Source: Armatimonadota bacterium (lineage in GTDB: Bacteria > Armatimonadota > Fimbriimonadia > Fimbriimonadales > GBS-DC). Taken from it: 64,000 nucleotides of DNA. The notes below the pieces were generated by a model, which saw nothing but the letters and a program-made list of their open reading frames with translations, was not told the origin of the DNA and ran no database searches. Positions 26,838 to 35,122 of the stretch are shown one piece after another; position 1 is the first letter of the stretch, and each line of letters starts with the position of its first letter. Where the stretch lies: positions 160,001 to 224,000 of the forward strand of contig JBBIML010000006.1 in the NCBI GenBank assembly GCA_037444405.1, written 5' to 3'. The translations under genes and the position numbers were made by a program.

Positions 26838-27912
26838 GCTGGCACCATTGGCGCAAAACCCATTCGACGCCGTGCTGCTGCACCCAATCGCGCAACTGTA
26901 CCGATTCGGCGTCGCTCGGGTCATAGTAGCGGAGCGCGGCAAGGATTGCCTCCCGGAACGGCTCGCTATCCTCACCCTGCTCGCGCAACAGGCGATACGC
27001 GCCCACCAGTCGGTCATCGGCGCGCAGTTTGCGCAGCGGCTCGCGTGCCACCCGCGCGATAGGATCGTTCAGCGCAGGGTGCTGGATGCGAGCCACGATG
27101 TCGGCGACCGTTTGATGATGCTCAGCGTGGTCAAAGGCAAATGCCTTCAGCAGCGCCCGCTCCAGTGCAGCCGCCGCGCGCTCGAACCGCTCGCGGATAG
27201 AAGCGTCGTTGAGGGCTTGCTGGATGGTGGTGTAGCCTTTCTGTGCGCCCAGATAGGCGACCAGCGCGTGCAGCCCATTATGCACATAGAGCTTGCGCAG
27301 GAAATAGTTCTCGAAGGGGCGCACGGGATGGACGCCTTCGATGGGAGGTAGCTCGCCACGAATGGCGTCGGCGTCGAGGAGCAGGCGGTCGTGGCGTTCA
27401 GCGCGCACGCCGGGCGGGTCGCCGGGCAGTTCCGCCACCACCTGCCGCTCAACCACACACCGCACCAGCACCACCGCCTCATCCAGAGCCATATCGGGCA
27501 GCGCGGTTCGAAGCGCGTCGCGCACAATCTGGTCGGCATGCAGTTCGTTCTCGCCCAGCAGCAGGTGGAGCGGCGGGCGCCGATGGGCGACGCGCAGGCG
27601 CAGTCCCTCCGTTAGCAGAGGGGCAATCGCGGGCAGGGCGCCGGCTCCCACTGTTGTCGCGCCGATCCTCGCGTTCAGGCACGCCTGTGCAATCGCCTCG
27701 CGCTCCGTTGTGTGCAACGCCTGCACGGGCGCAATCGTTTCCCGCTCGCCGTCCAGCCACTCAATCCAGCAGGCGCGATGGCGCTGCAGGCTCTGCACCA
27801 GCTCCGGGCGCGCCTCCACGAACACCACCTCCAGCCCTGCGCGGGTGAACAGCTGGGCGAACAGCCCGCGCCCAATCCTGCCCGCGCCGAACTGAAGGGC
27901 AACCGAAGGCAT
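26824..27912 (-). CDS. Mannitol-1-phosphate 5-dehydrogenase-like oxidoreductase
   Basis: 'QFGAGRIGRG', 'RKLYVHNG.HA..AYLG', 'D...RVAREPLRKL...DRLV'. Confidence 0.8.
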   Translation of the reverse strand: MPSVALQFGAGRIGRGLFAQLFTRAGLEVVFVEARPELVQSLQRHRACWIEWLDGERETIAPVQALHTTEREAIAQACLNARIGATTVGAGALPAIAPLLTEGLRLRVAHRRPPLHLLLGENELHADQIVRDALRTALPDMALDEAVVLVRCVVERQVVAELPGDPPGVRAERHDRLLLDADAIRGELPPIEGVHPVRPFENYFLRKLYVHNGLHALVAYLGAQKGYTTIQQALNDASIRERFERAAAALERALLKAFAFDHAEHHQTVADIVARIQHPALNDPIARVAREPLRKLRADDRLVGAYRLLREQGEDSEPFREAILAALRYYDPSDAESVQLRDWVQQHGVEWVLRQWCQLSLV

Positions 27913-27915
27913 GCG

Positions 27916-29256
27916 CTAATTATCACCCACCGCGCCGAAGTTAAACAGCACGGTCAGCAGGTCGGCATCGTCCACCACGCCGTCGCCGTTCAGGTCCTCC
28001 AATAAGCCAGAACCCGTCTGCCCGAAGGCGAACAGCACCACCAGCAGGTCGGCATCGTCAATCACATTATCGCCGTTAATATCGCCGTTGATGAGGTTGA
28101 ACACCAGCCCGGAAACATCGGAGTCCAACGATACATTGCGGATGACCCGCCACAGGCTGGTGGGCGCACGGCAGGCAAGATTGTAAGTGCCCGACATCAG
28201 CGAGGTGTAGGTGGTGAAGTTGCCGTTCGAGTCGGTGTTGAGGGTGCGCTGCTGACGCACCTGATTGCTGCCCGGCTCCCGAATCTCCAGTGTGAAGGGT
28301 ACCGTTTGCAGCGCCTGCCGATCAAAGATGATGCGTCCCGAAATAAATCGCCGCACAGGTGTGTAGTCGGTGAGCATGATGTCGTACCAGCCCCCTGCCC
28401 GTCCACCCGCGTAGCTGAACCCCTCGACCAAGATATAGTAGATACCTGCGGGCAGATTCTGGAGCGCGATCCGCGAGGTGAAGGGATTGAAGGGGTCATG
28501 GGGGTCGTCATCGTTGGTGGCGAGCGGATTGAACGCCGAGTCGTAGACGGTTACGACGGTATCGGTCGCGCCGAAGGTGCGCACAGTGAGGTTGCCGGCG
28601 CCGATTTCGATGCGGTAGTAGTCGAAATCGGTCTGGCGATAGGTCAGGAAGGCATTCGAGATCAGCGTGAAATCGTCGGCAAGGTTGCCCGCATCGGTGG
28701 CGGTAGCAAAGGTGTCATTTGTTCCGTTAACCTCGTAAGGGTCATAGTCGGGCGCGGTGCTACCGTCGAACAGGCGCAGGGTGTAGCGGAGGCGTGCCAG
28801 CTCACCAGAGGCGGCTATCGAGCGTACCTGCACATAGTAGGTGCCCGCGGAAAGGCTGATGGTGATGCCCGAATCGGCGTTCGTGAAGGATGTATCGCGG
28901 TTGCCGCGCGTGTTATCGCCCGGCACATCATCGTCGTTTTCCGCTATCAAGCCGCCGCTGCTGTTATAAAGCGCCAGCACCGAGTCGAAGGTGGTGTCCA
29001 CACGGAAGGTGTAGGTGCCCGATTGCAACACCTGGAAGCGGAAGTAGTCCAGGTCGCCATCGGGGTTGATCAAGCCCCGAACGACCTTCATCACGCGCTG
29101 GTTGGTGGAGTCGCGCCCCACGACACCCACATTGTGGGCATTCGCGATGGTATCGTTCAGCTCCTGTTCGGTCAGAAACTCGATGCGCGGCATTTGCGCA
29201 GCCGCGAGCATCAGTGTCAGCCCCAGCATCCCAATCAGTATCGTTTCCCTTCTCAT
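27916..29256 (-). CDS. Secreted protein with two PPC-like (pre-peptidase C-terminal) domains and a dockerin-like tail
   Basis: Signal peptide; repeated 'E.ND....A', 'D.DY.RF', 'D.VL.LY...G..IA.NDD', 'L.AG.YY..V'; tail 'GDINGDNVIDDADLLVVLFAFG...DLNGDGVVDDADLL.VLFNFG'. Confidence 0.75.
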   Translation of the reverse strand: MRRETILIGMLGLTLMLAAAQMPRIEFLTEQELNDTIANAHNVGVVGRDSTNQRVMKVVRGLINPDGDLDYFRFQVLQSGTYTFRVDTTFDSVLALYNSSGGLIAENDDDVPGDNTRGNRDTSFTNADSGITISLSAGTYYVQVRSIAASGELARLRYTLRLFDGSTAPDYDPYEVNGTNDTFATATDAGNLADDFTLISNAFLTYRQTDFDYYRIEIGAGNLTVRTFGATDTVVTVYDSAFNPLATNDDDPHDPFNPFTSRIALQNLPAGIYYILVEGFSYAGGRAGGWYDIMLTDYTPVRRFISGRIIFDRQALQTVPFTLEIREPGSNQVRQQRTLNTDSNGNFTTYTSLMSGTYNLACRAPTSLWRVIRNVSLDSDVSGLVFNLINGDINGDNVIDDADLLVVLFAFGQTGSGLLEDLNGDGVVDDADLLTVLFNFGAVGDN

Positions 29257-29296
29257 AGCTCCTTTCCCGTACCTCTATTATAGCACAGGTGTGCCT

Positions 29297-29989
29297 TTAA
29301 AGCAGCCCCTGCTCACGGAAACTGGTATATCTGCCGTCGCCGATGATGATGTGATCGAGCAGTTCGATGCCGAGCAGGTTGCCCGCCTCGCGCAGGCGGC
29401 GGGTGATGGCGATGTCTTCGGGGCTGGGAGTGGGGTCGCCGCTGGGATGGTTGTGGGCGGCAATCCAGCAGGCGGCACCTTCGCGAATAGCAGCGCGATA
29501 CACCTCACGCGGATGCACCAGACTGCTATCCAGCGTGCCGATGGAGATGGTCTCGGCGCGAAGCACCCGATTTTTGATGTCCAGTAGCACGGCAATAAAA
29601 TGTTCGCGTTTCTCAAACAGCAGGTCCGCATAAAGCAGGTTATAGACATCTTCAGGCGAGCGGATTTGCGGGCGTTCCTGGAAGGTGCTAATGGCGACGC
29701 GGCGTCCCAGCTCCATCGCGGCGGCAATCTGGGTCGCTTTCGCCAGCCCCATGCCTTTGACGGCGGCTAACTCGCGCACGGTGGCGTTCAGCACACCGCG
29801 CAAGCCGTTGAACCGCTGGAGCAGTTCCTGTGCCAGCTGGAGCGCGGAGCGCTGGCGTGTACCCGTGCGCAACAAGATGGCGAGCAGTTCATGGTCGCGC
29901 AGGCTTGCCGCGCCCCATGTCGCCAGCTTTTCGCGCGGACGCTCCGAAGCGGGCAGCTCCCGAATGGTCGTATAGGTTGTCGGCTCCAT
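29297..29989 (-). CDS. radC: RadC family (JAB domain) protein
   Basis: 'ERPREKL...G...L.D.ELLAILL.TG', 'VHPREV', 'HNHPSGDPTPS.ED', 'LLDHIIIG'. Confidence 0.95.
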   Translation of the reverse strand: MEPTTYTTIRELPASERPREKLATWGAASLRDHELLAILLRTGTRQRSALQLAQELLQRFNGLRGVLNATVRELAAVKGMGLAKATQIAAAMELGRRVAISTFQERPQIRSPEDVYNLLYADLLFEKREHFIAVLLDIKNRVLRAETISIGTLDSSLVHPREVYRAAIREGAACWIAAHNHPSGDPTPSPEDIAITRRLREAGNLLGIELLDHIIIGDGRYTSFREQGLL

Positions 29990-29996
29990 CGTTCAC

Positions 29997-30506
29997 CTAT
30001 AGTGCTTTTTTGAGGCGGGTATGCACCGCGTCCAGCAGGGAGTGAACTGCGCCGCCTGCGATCAGCCCGATCAGCAGCGCCAGCACCTCCTGCCGATAGG
30101 TGAGCATCCAGTCGGTGGCGTGCAGCAGCCAGCTCTGGGTGTCCACCTGCAACGCCAGCCCGATGCGTGTCAGCAGCCAGCTGATGACGCTCACGAACAG
30201 CACGAGCATCGCAATCAGGTAGGCGACGCGCAATAGCGGACCAATACCCAGCCCGTGCGAAATCCAGCTCCGATGCGGCACCAGCTTCTGATAGGGATAC
30301 CACAGCACGCGCAGGGGTCCCCAGCGGTAGTACGCGCTGGAGCGCGTGTCCAGATCGCTGGAGAGCCAGATGCCCGAAAAGGTGTAGCTGGCGATGGCGA
30401 GCCAGGCGAGCGGGCGCGTCTCCGGCGGCAGGCATATTGTCGAGAGCGGGATCGCTCCCGCCGCCGTCGCGATGGTCACCCAGTCATGCACCTTGCCCGA
30501 TGGCAT
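29997..30506 (-). CDS. Putative metal-binding membrane protein (DUF2227-like)
   Basis: 'MPSG..HD', 'LS.DLD', 'RWGPLR.LW.PY.....HRS..SH', 'H...D'. Confidence 0.75.
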   Translation of the reverse strand: MPSGKVHDWVTIATAAGAIPLSTICLPPETRPLAWLAIASYTFSGIWLSSDLDTRSSAYYRWGPLRVLWYPYQKLVPHRSWISHGLGIGPLLRVAYLIAMLVLFVSVISWLLTRIGLALQVDTQSWLLHATDWMLTYRQEVLALLIGLIAGGAVHSLLDAVHTRLKKAL

Positions 30507-30518
30507 CGCTGTGGTTGC

Positions 30519-31559
30519 TTATAAGCCAGCCGCTTTGCGCATCTTCTCGATGGCGCGGGCTTCCAGCTGGCGCACACGCTCGCGACTGAGGTTCAGCGCG
30601 CGCCCGATTTCCGAGATAGTGAGCGGTTGCGCCCCTCCCAGCCCGTAGCGCAGCTCGATCACGGTGCGTTCCTTCTCGTTCAGCACGCCGAGCAGCGGCT
30701 CCAAATTGAACCCTTCTTCGATGGGCGGCGGCTCTTCGGCAATCAGGTCGAGCAGGGTCGCCTCCTCGCCACCGCCACCGACTGGCGTTTCAAGGGAGAT
30801 GGGTCGCGCGACAGCGTTCAGCAGATTGCTGACCTGTTCGACGCTCATGCCAGCGTGCCGGGCAATCTCGTGCAGGGTCGGCTGGCGTCCGAGCTGTTGC
30901 TGGAGCAGGGCGGTGGTCTGGCGCACGCGGCGCAATGCCTTCATGAGATGCTCTGGCAGGCGCACTGTTGCAGCCTGCACCTGCAGCGCCCGCCCAATCT
31001 GATGGCGGATCCACCAGGCAGCAAAGGTGGCGAAGGGTGTGCCCTTTTCCGGGCGGAACAGGTTCACCGCTCGCATCAGCCCCAGCGTGCCCTCCTGAAT
31101 CAGGTCAGCGAGCGGCAGTCCGCGTCCCGTGTAGTGGCGAGCGATGGAGAGAACCAGTCGCAGGTTCGATTCGATCAGCCGTTCGCGTGCGGTCTCGTCG
31201 CCTTCACGCGCCTGACGGGCGAGTTCCTGCTCCTCATCGGGCGTCAGGCGCGGGGCGCGCGTCGCCTGCCGAACCCACCACTGCACCGGGTCATCAAGCG
31301 TCTCGCTCTCCATCTGCTCGATGGCGCGGTCGGCTTCTTCCGCCAGCAGGCGCAGCTCCCGCTCGGCTGCCTCGCTACCGAGCAGCACAGGAATGCCCTC
31401 CTGCTCAAAAATCGCAAGTGCCTCCTCGATAGCTTCGGGTTCCAATAGCTCCGGCAGGCTCCCTGTCAGCTCCTCCACCGTGATGTAGCCCTGCTGACGC
31501 CCCTTTTCGATGAGCGCGAGCATCCTGTCCGAGTCATAGCCCGACGGTATCTCGTTCAT
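30519..31559 (-). CDS. Divergent RpoD-like sigma-70 factor retaining region 1.1
   Basis: Region 1.1 'LIEKGRQQGYIT.EEL', region 2 'LIESNLRLVLSIARHY.GRGL...DLIQEG.LGLMRAV', region 4 'T..EIG..LNLSRERVRQLE'. Start at 31559 (GGAGG upstream) or 31565. Confidence 0.88.
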   Translation of the reverse strand: MNEIPSGYDSDRMLALIEKGRQQGYITVEELTGSLPELLEPEAIEEALAIFEQEGIPVLLGSEAAERELRLLAEEADRAIEQMESETLDDPVQWWVRQATRAPRLTPDEEQELARQAREGDETARERLIESNLRLVLSIARHYTGRGLPLADLIQEGTLGLMRAVNLFRPEKGTPFATFAAWWIRHQIGRALQVQAATVRLPEHLMKALRRVRQTTALLQQQLGRQPTLHEIARHAGMSVEQVSNLLNAVARPISLETPVGGGGEEATLLDLIAEEPPPIEEGFNLEPLLGVLNEKERTVIELRYGLGGAQPLTISEIGRALNLSRERVRQLEARAIEKMRKAAGL

Positions 31560-31589
31560 TGCCATCCTCCGCAACTGCCTTTCACGATT

Positions 31590-33374
31590 TTAAGATTCGA
31601 CGCGCAGGCGCCAGTATTCCTGCCACTTATCGGGGTCAGGGGGCGTATTGCTGTGGGTGAGTTCGTGGAGGAGCTGCATGCGGCGGGCGCGCTCCTGACG
31701 CCGACGGAGGTAAGCGATGCAGTCAGCGATGATGGTGGGCGTCAGCGGCGGCTCGGTCTGCATCAGCAGGCTGGTCAACAGCGCCTGCAACGGCTCCTGA
31801 TTGAGGGTCTCAAGCAGCTCGCGCGGGGTGTACCGGTAGGGCGGTTGAGGGAGTTGCTGGAGCGCTTGGGCGAGCGCGGCATGGTCGGGCAGGCTCCACT
31901 CGATCTGGGGCAGCTGTTCCCATGCAGAGGCGGCGGTTTCGGGCAATAGCACCGCTCGCAGAAGCGTACGCTCGGCGTCGATCACGGCGCGTGGCAGCTC
32001 GACGGAGAGCGCGGGCACCTCTGGGGCGGGCGCCTGCGTTTCGGTGGCGCGGGCGGGACGGCGTTGCGCACGCTGCAGGCGTCGCACATCGCGCCAGAGT
32101 GCCTCCATCGCCGCCTGCGGACTGGTCACATAAGCGGGGCTGAGCGGCGCCAGCTGCTGCAGGCAGGCGGTCTGATCGGTGTGGCTGGTCAATCGCGCCA
32201 CGAACGCCAGCGCCTCCCGCAGCAGGCGCGTGCGAGCCGCGAGATCGAGCTGCTCCGCGCGTTCCACACCTGCCTGACGGAGATGCTCCTGCAGAATCTG
32301 CTCCAGCCCGAACAGCGCCGCGGGGCGTGCCCGCTCGATGGCTTGCTGCAACGCTTCGGCGCCCTGCGCCCGCAACAGGCTATCGGGGTCTTCGCCAGCC
32401 GGCAGCTCCACAATCAACGCCGTGATGCCCGCCCCCTCCAGAATCTCGGCTGCCCGCAGCGCGGCGCGAACCCCGGCGCTGTCCGAATCGTAGAGCAGAT
32501 AGACGCGCCCGGCGATGCGCCGCAGCCGCGCCGCATGCTGCTCGGTGAACGCCGTGCCCAGCGTTGCGACCGCATGGTCGAACCCGAACTGATGCAACAT
32601 CACCAGGTCCATATAGCCCTCGACCACAATCGCGCTGCGCTGCCTTACGATGGCGCTCCGCGCCAGATGCCAGCCGTAGAGGGTGTCGCGCTTCTGGAAG
32701 AGTGGGGTTTCAGGCGTGTTGAGATATTTCGGCTCCTCATCGCCCAGCACGCGCCCGCCAAACGCTATCACGCGCCCCGACGGGTCGTGAATCGGGAACA
32801 CGATGCGATGGCGCAGGTAGTCATAGAACCCCTGCTCGCCCTGACGGATCAGTCCGGCGGCAAGCGCATCTTCGCGGCTGACCTGGTGCCGCTGCAGAAA
32901 TCGGAGTAGGTGGTCCCAGCCGTCGGGCGCATAGCCCAGCTGGAACCGTTCGATGGTGGCAGGGGTCAAGCCTCGCTGGTGCAGGTAGCGCTGGGCGCGG
33001 GCGGAACGCTGCAGGCACTGGCGATAGTAGAAGTGGGCGGCGAACAGCGCCCGATGGAGGCGGTCGCGTTCGTCGGGGGCTTCTGATGGTTCCTGACGCA
33101 GTTCGATGCCCGCCTGCGCCGCCAGCCGGCGCAACGCCTCGCGGAAGGAGATGCCCTCGATGCGCATCAGAAAGGCGAAGGCGTCGCCCGACGCCCCGCA
33201 CCCGAAGCAGTGGAACCGGTTCAGGCTCGGACTAACATAGAACGAGGGCGTGCGCTCGGTGTGGAAGGGACATAGCCCTTTGAAGTTGCTGCCCGCTCGC
33301 TCCAGCGCCACATAGCCTGAGACCAGTTCCACCAGATCGATGCGCTCACGGATCTCCTCACGCAGGTCGCGCAT
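31590..33374 (-). CDS. dnaG: DNA primase
   Basis: 'GLCPFH.E.TPSF', 'HCFGCG', 'FGGR', 'KYLNTPET', TOPRIM 'VVEGYMD...YDSD.AG'. Confidence 0.98.
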   Translation of the reverse strand: MRDLREEIRERIDLVELVSGYVALERAGSNFKGLCPFHTERTPSFYVSPSLNRFHCFGCGASGDAFAFLMRIEGISFREALRRLAAQAGIELRQEPSEAPDERDRLHRALFAAHFYYRQCLQRSARAQRYLHQRGLTPATIERFQLGYAPDGWDHLLRFLQRHQVSREDALAAGLIRQGEQGFYDYLRHRIVFPIHDPSGRVIAFGGRVLGDEEPKYLNTPETPLFQKRDTLYGWHLARSAIVRQRSAIVVEGYMDLVMLHQFGFDHAVATLGTAFTEQHAARLRRIAGRVYLLYDSDSAGVRAALRAAEILEGAGITALIVELPAGEDPDSLLRAQGAEALQQAIERARPAALFGLEQILQEHLRQAGVERAEQLDLAARTRLLREALAFVARLTSHTDQTACLQQLAPLSPAYVTSPQAAMEALWRDVRRLQRAQRRPARATETQAPAPEVPALSVELPRAVIDAERTLLRAVLLPETAASAWEQLPQIEWSLPDHAALAQALQQLPQPPYRYTPRELLETLNQEPLQALLTSLLMQTEPPLTPTIIADCIAYLRRRQERARRMQLLHELTHSNTPPDPDKWQEYWRLRVES

Positions 33375-33400
33375 GCAACAGGGTCGCCTCGCTTCGATGA

Positions 33401-34168
33401 TCAGATGGCAGGTCCGCCCATCCCTTTGGGACCGCCACCTCCACCGCCCGTAGCTGGGGGTGGCGGAGCGCCCATCCCACCAGGTGAAGGACCACCGCCT
33501 GCCATCCCTGCCTGTTGACCTCCGCCCACACCGATGAAGCCCGGACCGCTGAGCGGAATGCCCGCCGCGACGGCAATCGCCATCACCTTGTTGGTTCTGG
33601 TATCGAGCAGAAATGCAACCCCCAGCTTGTTGTATCGTGCCAGGATTACATCGCCCTGATACTGATGCTCCTGTGGATAGCCATAGGCACGCACCACTTT
33701 GCTGTAGGGGTCGCCCAGCGTGATACCGCGTGCCGTGCGAACATTCGGGTCAGGCTTATAGCCGTGCGCACTGATCTGCACCACGCGCCCATCTTTGTTC
33801 ACGACAAACGCATAGGTGCTACCACCTTTGCCCTTGTAGATGTAGGTGGTCTCCATCTCGACGCGCTGCTCGCCCGGCGTCCCACCTGTGCCAGGCGGCT
33901 GACCGAAGCCGGGCGGCCCGCCAGGACCGGGCATCTCGCCACCTGGGCCCGTTTGTTGTTGCTGCTGTTGATCAAACCGTTGCACAGTTATCGGGACATA
34001 GGTAATCTGGCGCGGATTGCCAAACTTCTGCAGCACACGCACCGCAGGGCTAAACAGCCGAATGCCTAACAGCTCCACCTCCGTGCGCTGTTTGCTCTGG
34101 GCGGTCAGACCCAGCAGCAAAGCGATGGCGCCAGTCGCCACAACCGCATATTTCCAGACGCTCTTCAT
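33401..34168 (-). CDS. Hypothetical secreted protein with Gly/Pro/Gln-rich segments
   Basis: Signal peptide, RBS GGAGG, two 'GI.L......V...[FY]G.P' repeats, low-complexity linker and tail. Confidence 0.75.
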   Translation of the reverse strand: MKSVWKYAVVATGAIALLLGLTAQSKQRTEVELLGIRLFSPAVRVLQKFGNPRQITYVPITVQRFDQQQQQQTGPGGEMPGPGGPPGFGQPPGTGGTPGEQRVEMETTYIYKGKGGSTYAFVVNKDGRVVQISAHGYKPDPNVRTARGITLGDPYSKVVRAYGYPQEHQYQGDVILARYNKLGVAFLLDTRTNKVMAIAVAAGIPLSGPGFIGVGGGQQAGMAGGGPSPGGMGAPPPPATGGGGGGPKGMGGPAI

Positions 34169-34251
34169 CCCTATCGCCTCCGTCTATACTATACCCTATC
34201 TTCTTCGGTCAAAACCGTGCTGTTCCCGATAGGGTTGTGCATAGTCGTTTC

Positions 34252-34277
34252 GACGCGCCTGCCGCCCCTCCTGTTCC
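34252..34277 (-). promoter_or_regulatory. Candidate ECF promoter GGAACA-N16-CGTC
   Basis: Same spacing and consensus as 4110-4137; about 85 nt upstream of 34168. Confidence 0.35.
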
Positions 34278-34289
34278 GACCGTGAGAGG

Positions 34290-34520
34290 TCATTTTAAGC
34301 CCTTCTGGGCTACAATCTTAGCATGATGGAACGGCACCGTTCACTCGTGGAACAGATGGAGACTTGCTTGCGCCAACTTTTGGACACCGAAGCCGACACC
34401 CTCGCCCAGCAAATCGGGTTTGTCCAGCGCCAGCGCAAACTCACCGGTGTGTCGGCGTCGGAGGCGTCCTGCGACCTTTCAGTTGCTGCTTGGGGAGGGA
34501 GGCTTAAATTGATGCCAATG
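34290..34520 (+). mobile_element. Internally deleted IS4/IS231-like miniature element, copy 1
   Basis: Encodes 'LAQQIGFVQRQRKLTG', like the N-terminus of IS231-group transposases; right end reads CATTGGCATCAATTTAAGCC on the minus strand, left end TCATTTTAAGCC; homologous to 39015-39251. Confidence 0.75.
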
Positions 34521-34597
34521 CTACGCTGGCAATCCTGTGGTATGATTCAGACCAGCCGCTGCGAGAAGCGGCGCTTGCCGATGGACAGGAGGGCATC

Positions 34598-35025
34598 ATG
34601 CGAGCAGCTATTGCGAAAGGGTTAAGTTGCCTGCTGATGGCGGGCGTCAGCATGGCAGTGTTGCTGGCGCAGGTGGAAGACCCGCGCCTTGTATGGAAGC
34701 TGGAAGGGCGATCCACACCCGCTGGAGCGCTCGCGATCTCGCCTGATGGACAGTGGCTCGCCACAGGTGAAGGACGCTCCTGGTACGAGCCACCCTACAC
34801 CCTGTTCAAAGTCTGGAACCTGCGGACGAACCAGACCGTTCTGCCTCTTCACTCATGGCGGGTCGGTCAAGCAGGTTTCTATCAGACCAAGTGGACGATG
34901 CCGACCTGCTGATCGTACTGTTCAACTTCGGGCAGTACCACACGGACGGCGACCTGAACGATGACGGGCGCGTGGACGACGCCGACCTGCTGATCGTGCT
35001 GTTCAACCACAGCGCGGGCTGCTGA
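34598..35025 (+). pseudogene. Remnant of a secreted WD40 + dockerin-like protein (internal deletion and frameshifts)
   Basis: RBS, signal peptide and 'ALAISPDGQWLATG...KVWNL' in one frame; 'THGGSVKQVSIRPSG' in a second; 'VDDADLLIVLFNFG...GDLNDDGRVDDADLLIVLFNHSAGC*' in the third. Confidence 0.75.
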
Positions 35026-35047
35026 ACCTTGACGCCTCCTCTCACAG

Positions 35048-35085
35048 CGCCCTCTCTCCCACCTCAGGGAGGGAGGGTGTTTTTT
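35048..35085 (+). terminator. Intrinsic terminator
   Basis: CGCCCTCTCTCCC-ACCTCA-GGGAGGGAGGGTG stem followed by TTTTTT. Confidence 0.7.
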
Positions 35086-35122
35086 ATCGGGCAGGCGGCG
35101 GGTCAGGTAAACTTTTAACGGC

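Noticed and set aside
29297..29989. radC as a marker of a mobile element
   Set aside because: Full-length chromosomal type within the dnaG-sigma run; no integrase or composition shift nearby.
34323..34625. Functional 100-aa protein or active transposase
   Set aside because: Only about 45 codons resemble a transposase N-terminus; there is no DDE domain and the frame runs out through the element end.
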